Source: Octopus vulgaris (lineage: Eukaryota). Taken from it: a DNA stretch of 64,000 nucleotides. Below the pieces are notes generated by a model, which saw nothing but the letters and a program-made list of their open reading frames with translations, had not been told where the DNA came from and searched no databases. How positions within the stretch are numbered: position 1 is the stretch's first letter; each line of letters starts with the position of its first letter. The DNA is taken from assembly GCA_951406725.2 (NCBI GenBank), contig OX597816.1, positions 744,001 to 808,000 on the forward strand. Direction: 5' to 3'. Position numbers and translations under genes: made by a program. Positions 10,924 to 25,857 of the stretch are shown here, one piece after another.

Positions 10924-12087
10924 TCTGCCATTTCACTATAATTTAACAAAAGGTTCTTGTAAGGTTTTAATTTGAATGTGAATGCTCTAAGGTTGGCAGT
11001 TTTGTACAAAAGAATCAGAAGAAGACTGCTCTTTGCAGTTTGCTGGTCTCTTACATTTGCTGTTCAGGCATATTAATCCTCTCGTGTTTCTACCTCTCAA
11101 CACCCTTATTGTATCCAAATCTACTCTCACTACACTAACCTCTAAACCCAATCTTTCATGCCTTAAATATCAACCCTCTCAACTATTCTCCTTGTTCATG
11201 TCTTTTCTGCAAGTGTTGAAGAGGCTGGAATGCAGGATCTTTCTGTGGATTGAGTATATGTTCACTTCAGGCAAATCCCTTTCACCCTTCTCTTATTCTG
11301 CACAAGATGTTATTACTCAGATCTTGACATATATTTACAGTCCATCCTAAGGAGACATATTCTTTCACCTTAATTGTTCCACCACATCCCAGGAGTATTC
11401 AGCATATATATGCAGGCAATGTGCTCCAATGCCTGCTTCAGCATAGTCTCCACAGCTGGATTCCCTTCCTAATGCCAACCACTTTACAGAGTGTGGAATG
11501 GGTGCCTTCTTCATAGCACAGGCATATGTGAGGTCTATTTTACTATCAAAATACGGACATTAAAAATATTCAAATCTTGTCACAAGACAAGACCTCTCAG
11601 CTGAGTGACAGGGTAGTAGAGAAAAGGGTTGGAGTTGGCATTATGACAGGTGTTGATGTGTGTGTGTGTGTGTTTGTACTTACCACTCCTAATCTATCCT
11701 TCCTGCTACACCAATAACCATTCCCTCTCAAACCAATGGAAAGTTAAATTCAGAACGTCCAATGCTGATGACATAAAGCTAGAATCCATTGATTGAATTA
11801 TTTGTATTCTTTTGCTTCTTCAGATTTCACTGTTTTAAATGGCATTTATAACTAATTTGTTTTCTTATTTTCAGATTACGTCAGGAATCCATTTCTGTGG
11901 AAGAATATTTGTTCTGTGGAATTAATCATTCTTAAATAATGTTTCTTTTATTTGTGTAAACATAAAACATGGATGTTGAAGGCAGATAAATTACAATTGA
12001 AATATCATTTCATGGAAATCAATAAAAAAGAAAAAAGGCAAAAAACATGACTGATTTTACCTTTTACTCCTCAACTCTGTGGATTTA

Positions 12088-12632
12088 GAGTTTAAGCCGT
12101 CTGTTTGGTGCATTGGGCGAGTGGCTTCTACTTTAATCCCAGGCCAACCAAAGCCTTAGATTTGGTTGGTGGGTAGATGGAAACTGGAAGAAGCCCATTC
12201 TGTATAAGTGTATGTGTAAACATATACATACATGGATGGATTGATATACATATGTAAATGTATGAATGTGTAGGTTTGTGTTTGTGTAGGCCTTTATTCA
12301 TGATATCACATGAGCATCAGTGCCATACAAATGATGTTCATTTCCAATATTCACTGAAAAACATGCCTGGGCATGGGGAAATATCACCTTACTTGGAAGC
12401 AGGTGAGGATTCATGTTTGACTCATACAAGCATGGAAAAGTGGATGTTAAAATGATGATGACAAAAATGACGACAATGATGATGATGACAAAGACAACGA
12501 TGACGATGATGATGATGATGATGATAACAACGATGATGACAATAATGATGATGGGTGACAACAATGACAGCAACAACAATGACGACAATGAGATGATGAT
12601 GACGACGACGATGATGATGATGATGATGATGA
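12088..12632 (+). mobile_element. CORE-type SINE with RTE-derived tail and expanded (GAT)n
   Basis: Head similar to 49626-49760; ends GCATGGAAAAGTGGATGTTAAA(ATG)n like the RTE tail. Confidence 0.65.
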
Positions 12633-13154
12633 TGGAAGAAAACTAAAAACAAGTGTTTTTTTTACATTAATGTTTCATTTGTGTAAGATTTTCACTTCAT
12701 TCTGTTTCCTTTATTCGTGCATGAATGAGTTTGTCTCAGAGTTACTCAGACACTCCTTTGTCCCTTTCATTATTAGGAATGCAGTGAACAAGAGTGTAAC
12801 TTGTTGAAAACCCACAACTAATGAAGCTATTGTTAACAAAATGTATGATATACAGTAGAAAAGAAAAAAAGAAACTTTGATGCTAACAAAGCAGTTCTCT
12901 GTTTTCTCTCATCAACAAGACAATCCTTTATACTCATTTGCACAGCCAAGCTCTATGAGTCACTTGCGACACTAGATGTCTCTCAATTGCAATGCTGTTT
13001 TGACTGTCTTCTAAATTATCAATTTGAAGACCACTTTTAATGAGAAACTCCTATCAGTCACCTTTTGGAAACTTATCAACATCTAATTATCAAAGTGAAA
13101 AAAATTATCAGAAAAGTCATTTCTATTCATTTATCAAATATACATATATATATA

Positions 13155-13478
13155 TCATCATCATCATCATCATCATCATCATTTAACATCCACTTTCCGC
13201 TGCTATCATGGGTTGAACAGCATTTGTTGAGGCAGATTTTCTACAGCCAGATGCCCTTCCTGTCACCAACTCTCATCTATTTCCAAGCAAAATTATATTT
13301 TCCATGGTGAGGCATGTTTTTCTGTGGAAGATTGGAAAGGAAGGATACCACTTGCATGGTGCTGACATTCATTTACAACAATCATCAGAAGTCAAAACAA
13401 GGGGACAGTGACACACAAGGCTTTGGTTCGCCCAGGGCTATAGGTGAAGACACTTACCTAAGGTGCCACACAGTGGGA
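13155..13478 (-). mobile_element. CORE-type SINE with RTE tail
   Basis: (CAT)n and RTE tail, then SINE body, then GACACTT..AAGGTGCCACACAGTGGGA. Confidence 0.6.
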
Positions 13479-14544
13479 GAAAAGCATTTCAACAAATAAC
13501 ACATGGTGTGCCCCAGTCCAAGCCATGATGGCAACTAGAAAAGCAGTGGAACTACCATTACCACTTGTCTAGCATGAATGCCACATGAATAGTTGTGTAA
13601 AATGTGGGGTGTTGTTGGTAACACCCTGTACTTTGTCAGTCTACTTGAAAAAAAATAAGCACCATTAATTCATGCAAATATTATGATTTTTGTAAAACCA
13701 ACCCAACAACCCACTCATGCTTTGAAGGAAAAAAAAAATAGGTGTTAAAAGCTTCCTCATGAGATGTTCTCAATGGTTTGTTTGACTTGGATCTAATTTA
13801 TTTATTTTACATTTCAAAGAAAAAAATCCCTAATGGATTCACTAATAATAATCGTAAATAAAAAGCTCTATATTTAAGTCATGTTTATTCACAAACGAAC
13901 AAAAAATTACTCCTAAATCAATACAGAGACCATCTGATAAATACTTATAACATAGTAGTAACAGCAGTATTGTTGTATGTCCATCTATATAAATGTTATT
14001 TTTGTCATCAATAATCCAAGCAGGATAATTATCAATGTTGTTTTTTACAAAACACAAACATCATTTTGGTTGTAGTATGAACTGTGGTGGATTAAATAAG
14101 AGCCTGGAATAATAGATTTATGAGTTCAGTACTGGCCCGAAGATAAGCATGTTATATGTAGACTTATTCTTACCCAAAATAAGAATTCAAGCACATAAAA
14201 GAGTCAACAATTATTTGCTAATGAGAATGGCTTCGTAACATATTAAGTGTTTATGAAATCATGAGCAGACAGAGACTTTCTCTTGAATCTCCCAGGATGT
14301 GATAGCTGGATGGAGATGGGGACGCACCAGCATCCACCTTGTACTCATTTTCAGCTGAGTAAAACTAAAGCAACATAAAATGAGATCCTTGCTGAAGGAC
14401 ACAATGTCTCACCTGCTTCAGGAATCGAACCCATGACACTATTATTATCAGGAGCCAAACACCTTAATTCTTAGACTCTATGCCTCTACATGTTGTTTTG
14501 TATTTTAGTGCAAGATTTACCATGAGTCAAATAGCAAATTTTAA

Positions 14545-15290
14545 CATCATCATCATCATCAACGTTTAACATTCTCCTTCCATACTGGCAAGGGTTGGAT
14601 GGTTTGAGAGGAGCTGACCAGGCAGAAGACCACACCAGGCTTCTGTGTCTGTTTTAGTATTGTTTTTATGGCTGGATGCCCTTTCCAACCCAACCATCCC
14701 ACTCTGTGGGATAGCTGAGTGCTTTTTACAAGGCATCAGTAGGCAAGGTCAGTTTTGGCATGGTTTTTACAATTGGATGCCCTTCCAAATGCCAACCACT
14801 TTACAGTGTGGACTGGAGGCTTTTTACATGGCACCAGCACAGGCAGGTTTACCAAGCAACTTCCAAGACAAAGAACCTTTGAGTTGGGAGGGGGGCATTG
14901 GGGGAGGTAATCATGTGTCAGATGACAAAAGGTTAGAGTTTGACAGAGAAACAGAGAGGCAGAAACAGATGTCTTGCTGTAGAGTAGTTACATGGTTACT
15001 CAGCCAGAGAGAGGGGGGAGAAAGAGAGAGAAAGAGAAAAGAAAGAGAGAGAGAGAGAAAGAAAAGAGAGAGAGAGAAAGAAAAGAGAGAAAGAGAGATG
15101 GGGAGACTTAACAAAAAAGAGGGCAGAAACAGGTGTGCTGCTATAAAGAAGGTATGTGGTTACCTAACTGGAAAGAAGAGCAAGAGAAGGAGAGAGAGAG
15201 AGAGAGAGTGATGAAGAATGAGGAGAGAAACAGGTGTGCTGCTGTAGGGGAGAGGCACATGGTTACCCAGAAGGAGAGAGAGGAAGAATA
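14545..15290 (-). mobile_element. Old RTE-tailed repeat with three internal units separated by (GA)n
   Basis: RTE-type tail; AAACAGGTGTGCTGCTGTAG..CATGGTTACC repeated three times; related copy at 20366-20720. Confidence 0.55.
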
Positions 15291-15837
15291 ATTATTTAAG
15301 AGTCAAAATTAGCATTTTCGCTGTTTCTCTAATTATTTGCTAATAATTTACTTGTATTGTGTCCAGCTTGTTAGAGTTAAATAAATATAATTGTAGGTCA
15401 GGCCTGAGAGGGTGGTGGTGGGTGAGGGTGGGGGAGATAACCTGAAAGATATCTGAGTTGTTAATCTATTATTTCATATTCAGAATTTATTGTGTTTTAA
15501 TGTCTCATTGATAAAGGGAGGGTGAAGGGAGCACCCTGCTGGAACCTGGATCTGATCCTGGGACATTTATGCTTTTGGCATTGACCAAAATAGCTGAGCC
15601 TGAGTTTGTGGAAAGAGACTGTAACAAACTATTATGAGAGACTGATATGTATAAGTTATGGAGTTGAGGTCCATGAATTCATGGGAATAGCTACATTGTT
15701 GCACATGGCAGGGTTCAGTACAATAATCTAGATATACAAACACCTGAAGATGCTCAAAATGTTAACAAGATTTTAAAAAAAAACAGAAGAGCAATAAACA
15801 ATATCAGTCATCTTCACTGATTGCAGTTTGTTATTGT

Positions 15838-16145
15838 TTTCATCATTATCATCGTTATTATTATCACCATCCTAACTGCCACCACCACCACCACTACAAT
15901 TATTGCCACTGCCACTGTCAACATCATTGTCATCATTATTGTTGTCATCATCATCATTGAAATAATCATCATCCTTGTCATCAATATCATTATCAGCAGC
16001 AGAAGAATCCTCCTCCTCATCATCATCGTCATCAACATAATCCTCGTCATATTCATCATCATTGTCATAATCATCATCGTCATCATATTCATCATCATCA
16101 TAGTCATTGTCGTCGTCATCACCTCCACTACCATCGCTGTCGCCA
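15838..16145. repeat. Degenerate (CAT)n trinucleotide tract
   Basis: Seen directly. Confidence 0.95.
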
Positions 16146-16639
16146 TATTTCTATTCTCTCAAGAGAACAATGTTTTACAGATTATCAATCTAAAGTAGAA
16201 ACAATTTTATGTGTTTTGATTTCAGGAAAAATATTGAGTCTAATTTTAGAACTATATCCTTTGAGAATTATACTAATCCAAAATGATTATATTAGATGAT
16301 AATCAATTTTATCTTAATTACTGCATCTCTGTTGAAAGCAATTAATATAAAATAGATTAATATATGCTGCTAATTCTGAATCTAATGCAAAGTTAAATTC
16401 ATTGGTTGCTTTTAATGAATATAATATTACAATGAAATCTTTTTCTTTTTTTTTTGCATTTAGACAAAATCACTGGTAATTAATAAAACATATTTAATTC
16501 TATCTTTTCTTAGTGCCAGAGTGAGCCGTGCATTTGAGAAGAAGAAGTAGAATTTATAATATTATGTAAGTCAAGTTTTAGTGATTCTTTAAAAGTTTTG
16601 AGTATTTTTTAATGCTAAAGATAAAATATATCTGAGTAT

Positions 16640-17080
16640 CATAATCACCATCATTTTAACTTCCATTTTTCAATGCTTGCATGGGTCAGACAGAATTCAT
16701 TGACCCAGGTTTCTTATAGCTAGATTCTCTTTCTGTCACTTTGCCTGTTTTTAAGGAAACTAATATTTCCCCTTAGCCAGACATGTTTCCAAGGAAGATT
16801 TGAAATGAACTACACTGCTTGTGTGACTGACACTCATTTACAACAATCATGTGATGTCAAGACTAAGAGTTACAAACATACACACACTCATACACACATA
16901 AAAACATACAGACGCATAAATATATATGACTACCTTCTTTCAGTTTCCATCTCTCAAATCCACTTTCAAGGTTTTGTTTGACCCCCAGGGCTACAGAAGA
17001 AAATACTTGCTAAAGGTGCAATGCATGGGACTGTACTCCAAGCCATGTGGTTGGGAACCAACCTTTTTGATTATGCAGCC
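16640..17080 (-). mobile_element. CORE-type SINE with RTE tail
   Basis: RTE tail plus head CTTCTTTCAGTTTCC..AAGGTGC..CCATGTGGTTGGGAA. Confidence 0.65.
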
Positions 17081-18084
17081 ACACTTTTGCCTATCAAAGT
17101 TTTTGCTCTGTTAATAATGTTTCACTTTAGTTGTATTTAAATATTGCATCAGAGAAGAGCTATTTTAGCCATGTAAAAAATGCAAAAACTGCCAAATTCA
17201 AGTGACTAGGTCACGGTTGTGCATTGGAAAAGAGTGAGAAGTGAATTGAACAAGTTTTTAGATGACTAAAATGGCTCATCCATGAGCTAAGTGTAAATAA
17301 TTGTTCAAACATTTACACATTCATTTACTGTGTCTGTAATATTACAAAAGATTGTTTGCGAAATTTTAGAAAATCTGTACCACAGTAAAACCAGAACTGT
17401 GTTCACCTGTAACACTTTTCTGTAACACCACATTTTGCAGATTCTTTATCCAATTTAAAATCTAACCAGGAATAGTTTGAACTCAAAAACCACTTCTACA
17501 AGATTTTCTCTTTTTTCAGAAGTTAGGAAGTTTCTAAAAGTTAGAATTGAGGATTATTACTAAAGTGTTAATAAAAGAAGAAACATAAACAACTGGACAT
17601 GTTTAGTGTGAAGCAGGAAATCATGTCCACCTCTTGTGTACCCAGTATATATCACTTTCTGTATAAAAGGGGTGCATGACATGCAGGGTATATGACAGGT
17701 ACATGAAATGCCATGTACATAAGGGGGTACATGACAAGCTGGGTATAAATGGGATGCTGTGTATATAAGGCTCCCACCCATGTGGGCATCTTTACCCCCA
17801 CCCTGTCTATGATGTATTGTATGAGATGGAGGTTGACACAGGTGTATCTGCTCAGGATTGTGCTCGTCTGCACATCATCAATCAGTTCCTCAACAAGGGC
17901 TAATTTCTTTGCTTACACCTTCTGCCAAAATTCTTTAATTTACATTCAGTGGTATTATAGGTCTAAAATTTTCTTTATGATCCCCCTTGTTTGGGTCCTT
18001 TCTCACCAGTGCCACCTCTCCTCAACTCACATAACTAGGAATTCTCCTGTTCTGGCTGCCCATTGCAGCAGATATCTGCTAAAG

Positions 18085-18770
18085 GGCCGTTAAACAAGCC
18101 TGATGCATAAAAGTAAAGCTTATAGGGCAGATCATCCAAACCAGAAAAATGTTGACAGTACATGGAGCCTTCCACCCTAAAAGTGACACTGATGGGCAGT
18201 ACTTGTCCAGAAGAAAAGGTGGGGGAGGTTTAATCAGTTGCCAGAACTGTGTTGAAGCAGAGAAAAACAGCTTAGGGTGGTATATAAAAAATGTGGTGGA
18301 GCCACTGTTGAAACACAGAAAGAAGGCCAACATCAGCGAAACTGAAAATTGTGTAACTAAAGAAAAATTTAAACAATGAAGACGGTTTTAATTTCATTTA
18401 ACAATAATAATGACAATAATTAGGGACAAACAAGAGTGCCTAATAATCAACATATCATCATGAAAGAAAGAGAAAAAGTTGACAAATATGGAGACCTGAG
18501 AATTGAGATTGCTAAGATGTGGCAGCTACGAGAGTCAAACATAAAGGTTATCCCTATTGTCATCGGAACATTGGGTTCAATACCAACCAATTTGAAGGAT
18601 CATCTGAAAACCTTAGAGACACCCTATAATCTAGATGTATTGCAAAAGTCAGCATTACTTGGAACTGCACACATATTGTGTAAAGTACTGTCTGCCTGAG
18701 ATCCTTGTTGTGACTTGACAAACAGTGCAAACCCCCTGTAGACAATATCTTCAATTAACAACCTCATAAT
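18085..18770 (+). mobile_element. R4/Dong-like RLE LINE relic ending in (TAA)n
   Basis: HGAFHPKSD..RRKGGGGLI; EKVDKYGDL..IPIVIGTLG..LQKSALLGTAHIL. Confidence 0.8.
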
Positions 18771-21055
18771 ATTGTATACTGTGCAATGTCTATAATAAAA
18801 TAATAATAATTATAATAATAATAATGATAATAATAATAATAATAATAATAATGTATTTTAATTAATCTATCTATTCTAAACAAGTTTGGACAAACAGTAA
18901 TTTGGTTTTTTAAATAAAAATCAATAAATCTTATTAACTTTTAAATTCCGTCAGGTCACTTCTTTTTTGTACGTCTTTTGTTCCATAGCTGTGGTGACAA
19001 TTTGTCTTCAGTAAATGAACAAAAGAATTTCACTTAAGTCATCATCATCATCACCACCACTATCATCATCTTCATCAACATCATTGTTTTAACATTCCCT
19101 TTTCCATATTTGTACGAGTCACATAAAATTTGCTGTTGTGACAGCTTTCCTACAGCCAGGAGCTTTTCTTGTTGCCAACCTTCACCTGATTCCAAGTACA
19201 GTAATATATGCCCATGGCCAGACATGTTTCCACGAGACATTAGCCATGAAGAACACTGTTTATATGATAGCAATGAACCTTCACACCATTATTCTGTTAC
19301 TGCAGTCCCAGGGACTGGTATATCAGCACCTAAGCTTTCCCTACTCTCCAGATAATGTATACTGTCATTCAAATTGATGCCATTTATTTTGTAAACGTTT
19401 ATCTTAATATAATGTTTAACGTTAAGGTTTCAACTGATTGAATTATGCATTTACAAGGGAGCTGTTATAAAGCTCGTACTTCTTATCTCATTAGCATGAT
19501 TAAGGCATTGAACTAATAAATGGACCAGGCCACTTGGCTGTAGACATGTCATGGATTTTCATTGATTTATCCTACTCCTTTTGTTACCATATTTCTGTTG
19601 AAACCTCCAACTTTTGTTTCAATTAATTTTGAAAATAAGGAAGAATTAAGTAAAATATTTTTATCGATTAAGCATGTTATTGGAACATAAAATTTTGTTG
19701 AAAGGTTTTAATCTAGATCCCTTTAAGACATGAAGTTTGTATCATTGAATTAAGGGGGATCTCAGCATTAAATCACAATTGCTAACACAATAGCGTTGTT
19801 GATTGTGAGTCCAAAAGACCAATCATTATAATCTGATGGAGAGCATAACAAGGGGGCATCTATAACTCACAGTAGAAAAAAATACTGTAAGTGACCATAT
19901 TTGAAGAACAGCTTTTTTTTGGTTTATAGTCTTGCTGATGAGTAACATTTTTTTGTCATTGTGTAGCATCAAAAGATATCCATATACACTCCCTAAGAGC
20001 TTCACTTTGGAGTCGCATGGTCTTTGGGTTCCATCCAAATGTGGGATACAGTATTCTTTGCAAGTGATTCTTGCAAGAATTTGAGAATTTAGCACTTATT
20101 TGCAATATTGTATCTAGATGAAGAAAGGCTTTGGCCAGTTCACTTGGCCTAAGCCTCTCGGATCATAACTTAATGTTATCTATATTAGACTTGTGTTGTT
20201 TTCAATGGTTGATTTATTTCTAATCCATTTTAATCCAAGGAACTGAAGAAGTTCCAGTCATTAATTGGCTTGTTAAGGTATTTGCATTAGATTCCAGGTG
20301 TAATGACCATAAAGGGATGGATTCCACAAGATGAACATATTGACACGTATGTCTCAATTAATATGTTATCATCATCATCATCATCATCATTTATTGTCCA
20401 TCTTCCATGTTGGCATGGACTGGACAGTTCAACAGGATCAGTTGAGCCTGAGGACCACGTCAAGATCCAATGTCAGCTTTGGCATGGTTGCAACATCTGG
20501 ATGTCCTTCCTAACAGCAACCACTTAACAAAGTGAACTGGGTGCTTTTTTCATGACACCAGCACCAGTGAGGTTACCAAGACAAAACCCTTTAACTGATT
20601 AGTCATGCAAGATTGAGGGAGGGGGCTTTATGCCTGATGTTGAGAAGCTAATGATACAGGAAGAGGGACAGGTGTCTTGCTGTAGAGGTGATTCATGGCT
20701 ACCTCAGCTGGAAAGGGGAGGTGTTTGGGCATACCCTCAAAGTATAAGAAGGTGAATATCAGAGAGAATAGAGATAGAAGATTGGACAGGGTGGCTGGGT
20801 AGGTAGGTAAGTTCATGAGAGTGTGAAAGGGGAGAGAGATGGTTAGAGGTGGAAGTAGATGTGAATGGCAAACAAGGATTGAGGTGAATATCAGTTGTTT
20901 GGGGGAGTGGGGAGGTGAAGAAAATAGAACTGGGTGAGCCATCAGTGAAAATAGGAATATGAATAATGATGATGGTAGTGGTGGTGCTGGTGCTGGTGGT
21001 GGTTGTGACGGTGGTGACGGTGGTGGTGATGGTGATAATAATGATAATAATAATA

Positions 21056-21515
21056 TCGACAGAGTGTAAGTACCTTGAGAGAAAAGTTGGACCTAAGAAG
21101 CATCAGATGCGAGGTGCAAGAGAGACGACTGCGCTGGTATGGTCTTGTGGCGAGAATGGATGAGGATAGCTGTGTGAAAATGTGTCACACTCTAGCAGTT
21201 GAGAGAACCTGTGGAAGAGGTAGACCCAGGAAGACCTGGGATGAGATGGTGAAGAACAACCTTCAAACATTAGGCCTCACTGAGGCAATGACTAGTGACT
21301 GAGACCTTTGGAAATATGCTGTGTTTGAGAAGACCCGGCAAGCCAAGTGAGACCATAATCTCGTGGCCTATGCCAGGGGTGTAACCAGCCCACTTATACA
21401 TACCTTTCCTTCATTGGATACTAAACTCTGCTTGCGAAGACCTGTTGAGGTAAGTGAAATCGAAATCAAATTCGATGACTGGCATCCGTGCAAGTGGAGC
21501 AGTAAGAGCACCCCA
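21056..21515 (+). mobile_element. RTE LINE fragment
   Basis: ORF 21075..21302 ERRLRWYG..GRGRPRKTW. Confidence 0.85.
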
Positions 21516-21586
21516 GTGTCACTTTGATGGCATGCACTGCTCTCTCATTGAATGATGATGATAATAATAATAATAATAATAATAAT

Positions 21587-21870
21587 AGACAGGTTAGCCT
21601 GGGAAATTAAGCAGTTGTGGTCAATGAGAAAGGTAGCAATAGTACCAATAATCGTCGGAGCCCTGGGAACAGTGAGCAAAAATCTCGAGAGGTATGTGGA
21701 ACAAACTGTGGCTGTAATAAGGGTGGAGCACTTGCAGAAAACAGCACTGCTTGGAACCGCTCGAATACTCCGGAAAGTGCTCGAAAAATAAGAGGTGTTA
21801 CCTTAGTTCACTTGTAGTGAACAGCTAACACTGCAGTACATCTCCAACGTTAGAAGCTGTGCAAAGGCAA
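21587..21870 (+). mobile_element. R4/Dong-like 3' fragment next to (TAA)n
   Basis: VPIIVGALGTV..LQKTALLGTARILRKVL; similar fragment on the minus strand at 45950-46115. Confidence 0.8.
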
Positions 21871-21873
21871 TGA

Positions 21874-22033
21874 TATCATCGTTTAACGTCCGTTCTCCAT
21901 GCTAGCATGGGTTGGACGGTTCGACCGGGGATCTGGGAAGCCAGAAGGCTGCACCAGGCTCCGGTCTTATCTGGCAATGTTTCTACAGCTGGATGCCCTT
22001 CCTAACGCCAACCACTCCGTGAGTGTAGTGGGT
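21874..22033 (-). mobile_element. RTE 3' terminal fragment
   Basis: CATCGTTTAACGTCCG..CCATGCTAGCATGGGTTGG. Confidence 0.85.
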
Positions 22034-22861
22034 AATAATAATAACTAAGACAATAAGTGCAATTGGTTTTTATTTTATTTTCAAGTAAAAACAGAGTTTA
22101 TTGTTTGGAGAGAAATTAGTGAGATAAAGGTAAAATGATAAAAGTTTTCTTCCACTTCACATTTCAAAAGATCCGCTTTGTTACTCTTGAATTTAATTAC
22201 AATCAAGAATACTGTGGACAAAAATAAATAACAAAAACAAATTATATACATGTGTGTGTGTGTGTGTGTGTGCACATGCATGCATGCATGTATGTATGTA
22301 TGTGTGTATGTATGTATGTATACACACGCACATATACACATGCACAAATATATACATGTACATATATATATCTATATATATATATGTGTGTACATATACG
22401 TGTACATATGTATGGACATACATATAAATATATATATGTATGTATATACATCATCTATTCATTTCAATTATCTGTAAACTGGAAACAATTTTTATTTGGA
22501 ATTCAAAATTTATGAAATTATCAAATAATAAAAAACACCTAAATATTTGTCACTGGAGTCATAGAATATAATAACTCTAATGAGTTTGTGTGTTTAGAGT
22601 TATTGAGTATGTTTTTCATTGTGCTTGTGTGTGTGTGTGGGGGGTTTTGCATGTACTTGCATATTTGCTTGCTTGCATAAATGTAACATGCTTCCACTAT
22701 ATTACTAATAGTCTGAAGAGGTTATTACAGGAATTGTGTGTTGTCTAGGCAACACCAGAACTTCCTTCTTGGCTTTGCAAAAATAAATCTGGTATTAGCT
22801 TTGGTTACTCTCTTTCACACACACACCATGTAAGTTTACATGTATATATATATATATGTAC

Positions 22862-22892
<31 letters not shown>

Positions 22893-23651
22893 CATACATA
22901 CATACATACATACATACGTACATACATACGTACATATATATATATATATGTCTGTATGAGTTAGAGGCTAATAAAATATCTAAGGGATATTAAATATCCA
23001 ATATACTACAGGATGTGTACCATTGTTTTTAAATGTTAGCTGACCAATTAGGTCGTAGGATTGACTTTGACCTCACCCCACTACACATAGGGGTATTGGG
23101 GTTTTCAGCCAATAAGTAACAAATATTAACAGCACACTAAGGTGTTACCCAGTTTTTTTTTCATTAATGTACTTATGTATTAATTTTCCCTTAACAGGCT
23201 CTTTTTAAGTTATTTTGGCCAACTCCTTTAATATTGCAATAAAGCCTCTAACCTCTGACCCCTGTCGCATGGACCATACCATTAAACCCACCACATAGCA
23301 TACTACCATCACTATTTCCCTCAGTATAATGGAAGCACACTGTAAACCACAGCCTACAGATATATCTCCTGAGAGGGACTTTATTTACTCACCACAGGAT
23401 GGAATACCATGGATTATAATGACACCTTAAAATGAAGTTCTTTTCCTTACCATGTCTATTATGTTACATTACATTATTTTTTATTTTTACTTATTTTACT
23501 CTATCTTATCTTATTTTACTCTATTCTATTATTCTAACTGATTTTCCCACATGTTAGTTCCCTAACATTTGTACTCTCTGGAGAAGCCTTGAGGCTCACC
23601 CATTACCCAATCCCTCTCCAATGTTTGTTCATCCCTGTATATCAATGATGT

Positions 23652-23714
23652 GATGCAGATGACTTGGAAGATTCTGAAGCCTCATGGTAGAAACGGCTGT
23701 AAGTGATTTGCATC
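23652..23714 (+). ncRNA. Decayed PLE-type hammerhead relic
   Basis: Helix I GATGCAGATGACT/AGTGATTTGCATC; core TGGAAGA has two substitutions; GAAACGGCTGTA. Confidence 0.4.
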
Positions 23715-23876
23715 TGTGCACTCATTCATTCATCTCTGTTTATGTATTTATTAGCTGATCTCATTCGTTTACTTGTTATCATTTAATTTACGTTTACTTG
23801 TTATCATTTAATAAATAGATATAATATTTACTGGCTGATGTTTGTCAATTTTAAATCCTCTCCATTTTATTATTTG

Positions 23877-23912
<36 letters not shown>

Positions 23913-24181
23913 AAACCTCTTACAGGGATGTTACCATCCATGTTCCCCAGTATTGTCCAGTGTATTAGTGAAATACTAAAAGGATGTTAGCTTCTCATCA
24001 ATGCAAATGGGTAGGTATATATATCCTCTCAATAATAAGTATAAATAACTACAGATGTAGATTCATATAAGTTTCCATCAGTAAAATGGAGATAATTGAA
24101 ACTGACATTTCAATGAAGGACATACCAATTGCACCCTTAATAAATTCATGTCTATCTATCGATTTCACCTTCTTCTTTTCT

Positions 24182-24233
<52 letters not shown>

Positions 24234-24255
24234 TGTATGTATGTATGTATGTATG

Positions 24256-24315
<60 letters not shown>

Positions 24316-24624
24316 CATACATACATCATCATCATCATCATCGTTTAATGTTCACTTTCCATGGTAGCATGGGTTGGACAACAAACATACATATATATAT
24401 ATATATATACATAAACACACACACAGACACACACACATATTTTGTAGAGTTCATCTAGGATCAAATCAAGAATACATACATGCACTCATCTTTTTGCGGA
24501 TGCAAACACAAACACAAATGGTTCATATGAAAGAGAACAAAAAGAGAGTCTGGTCTCCAGTCCAGCTTTGGTTTTCATTCAAACAGGTCATTTTTAGTTA
24601 CAAATTCAGACAGCACAACTGTTT

Positions 24625-24674
<50 letters not shown>

Positions 24675-25597
24675 GCAATCTAGTCTCTGTACCGAAATTG
24701 TCCATGACACTGTCAGGTGAAATTTCGCCCAACGACCCTCGATAACCACTGACCCACACATACCTCCTTACTTCATTCTCTCCCTTCTTCTGCTATTATC
24801 ATGGCTTTTGTATTTCTGGGTACATCTGCACTCTCGCCCCACCCCACCTGATATTTATCCTATTTTATTCCTTTCCTCATCCTTATTTTGTCTCATTATG
24901 CAAGCAATTCAAGCCAAACAAGTTTTTTGAATTTTTTCTTCTCCAAAAGGATGGGCAAACAGACGTATTTCCCTCCTCCATGTTCATGTGTCCACTTAAG
25001 GCACAAGTTCAAACTGAACATGTAGCAGATAAATTTCATCAAACTTGAAGGGTTTGCAGAGAGAAGGTATGCCTGCATGTATGTATGTATGTATGTATGT
25101 ATGTATGTATGTATGTATGTATGTATGTATGTATGTATGTATGTTAATATACACAGCTGTAGATTTTTAGACATACATACATATATATATATACCTTTAT
25201 GCATATACATAAGCATGTGTGTGTGTGTGTTTATGTTGGATGAAGAAATTAGATGGGGCTAATGCAAGAAGGAAGAAAATTTCAATGAAAGAAATTTGGA
25301 ATTTTGGTAAAATTCACCTCGAAAAAGGTGATAACAAGTAGTGTAATGTTCACAAAATAATAACCCCTTGAAATGGAAGTGGGGATTAAAAGTGTTGCTA
25401 TAAAAAAGATTTCAAAGTATTATTTAATTGTAAAATAGATTATCAACTAGCTACAATGACAAACAGATCAAAGAATCCATGAAGTGCCACAAGTATGGAG
25501 AACAGACTAATCACTCAAGAAAAGTGAAAAGTCATAACTTCTCCACATTGCATAGCACTGTAGAATAACAGAAATAATAATAATAATGATGATGATG

Positions 25598-25677
<80 letters not shown>

Positions 25678-25814
25678 AATAATAATAATAATAACAACAA
25701 TAATATTAACAATAATGATAATAATGGTTTTCTAAGAAAGGAACAAGGCCACAAAGTTTTTGGTGGGTTGTGGAGTTGAAGATTATCACTGATTAGATCG
25801 ACTTGAGTACATAC

Positions 25815-25857
25815 ATCACTCTGGTAGAAGAAGAAAATGGACTTTTCGTTTTTTCCC
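25815..25857 (-). other. Candidate 43-nt exon of an unidentified minus-strand transcript
   Basis: Strong acceptor TTTTTTCTTCCTTTTCTTTTTCTAG and donor GTATGT in unique sequence. Confidence 0.3.

Noticed and set aside
16514-16565. Plus-strand AG..GTAAGT exon-like segment
   Set aside because: Stops in all three frames and no supporting neighbouring exons
24950-25066. Plus-strand exon-like segment
   Set aside because: All frames closed; splice-like motifs are frequent by chance in AT-rich DNA
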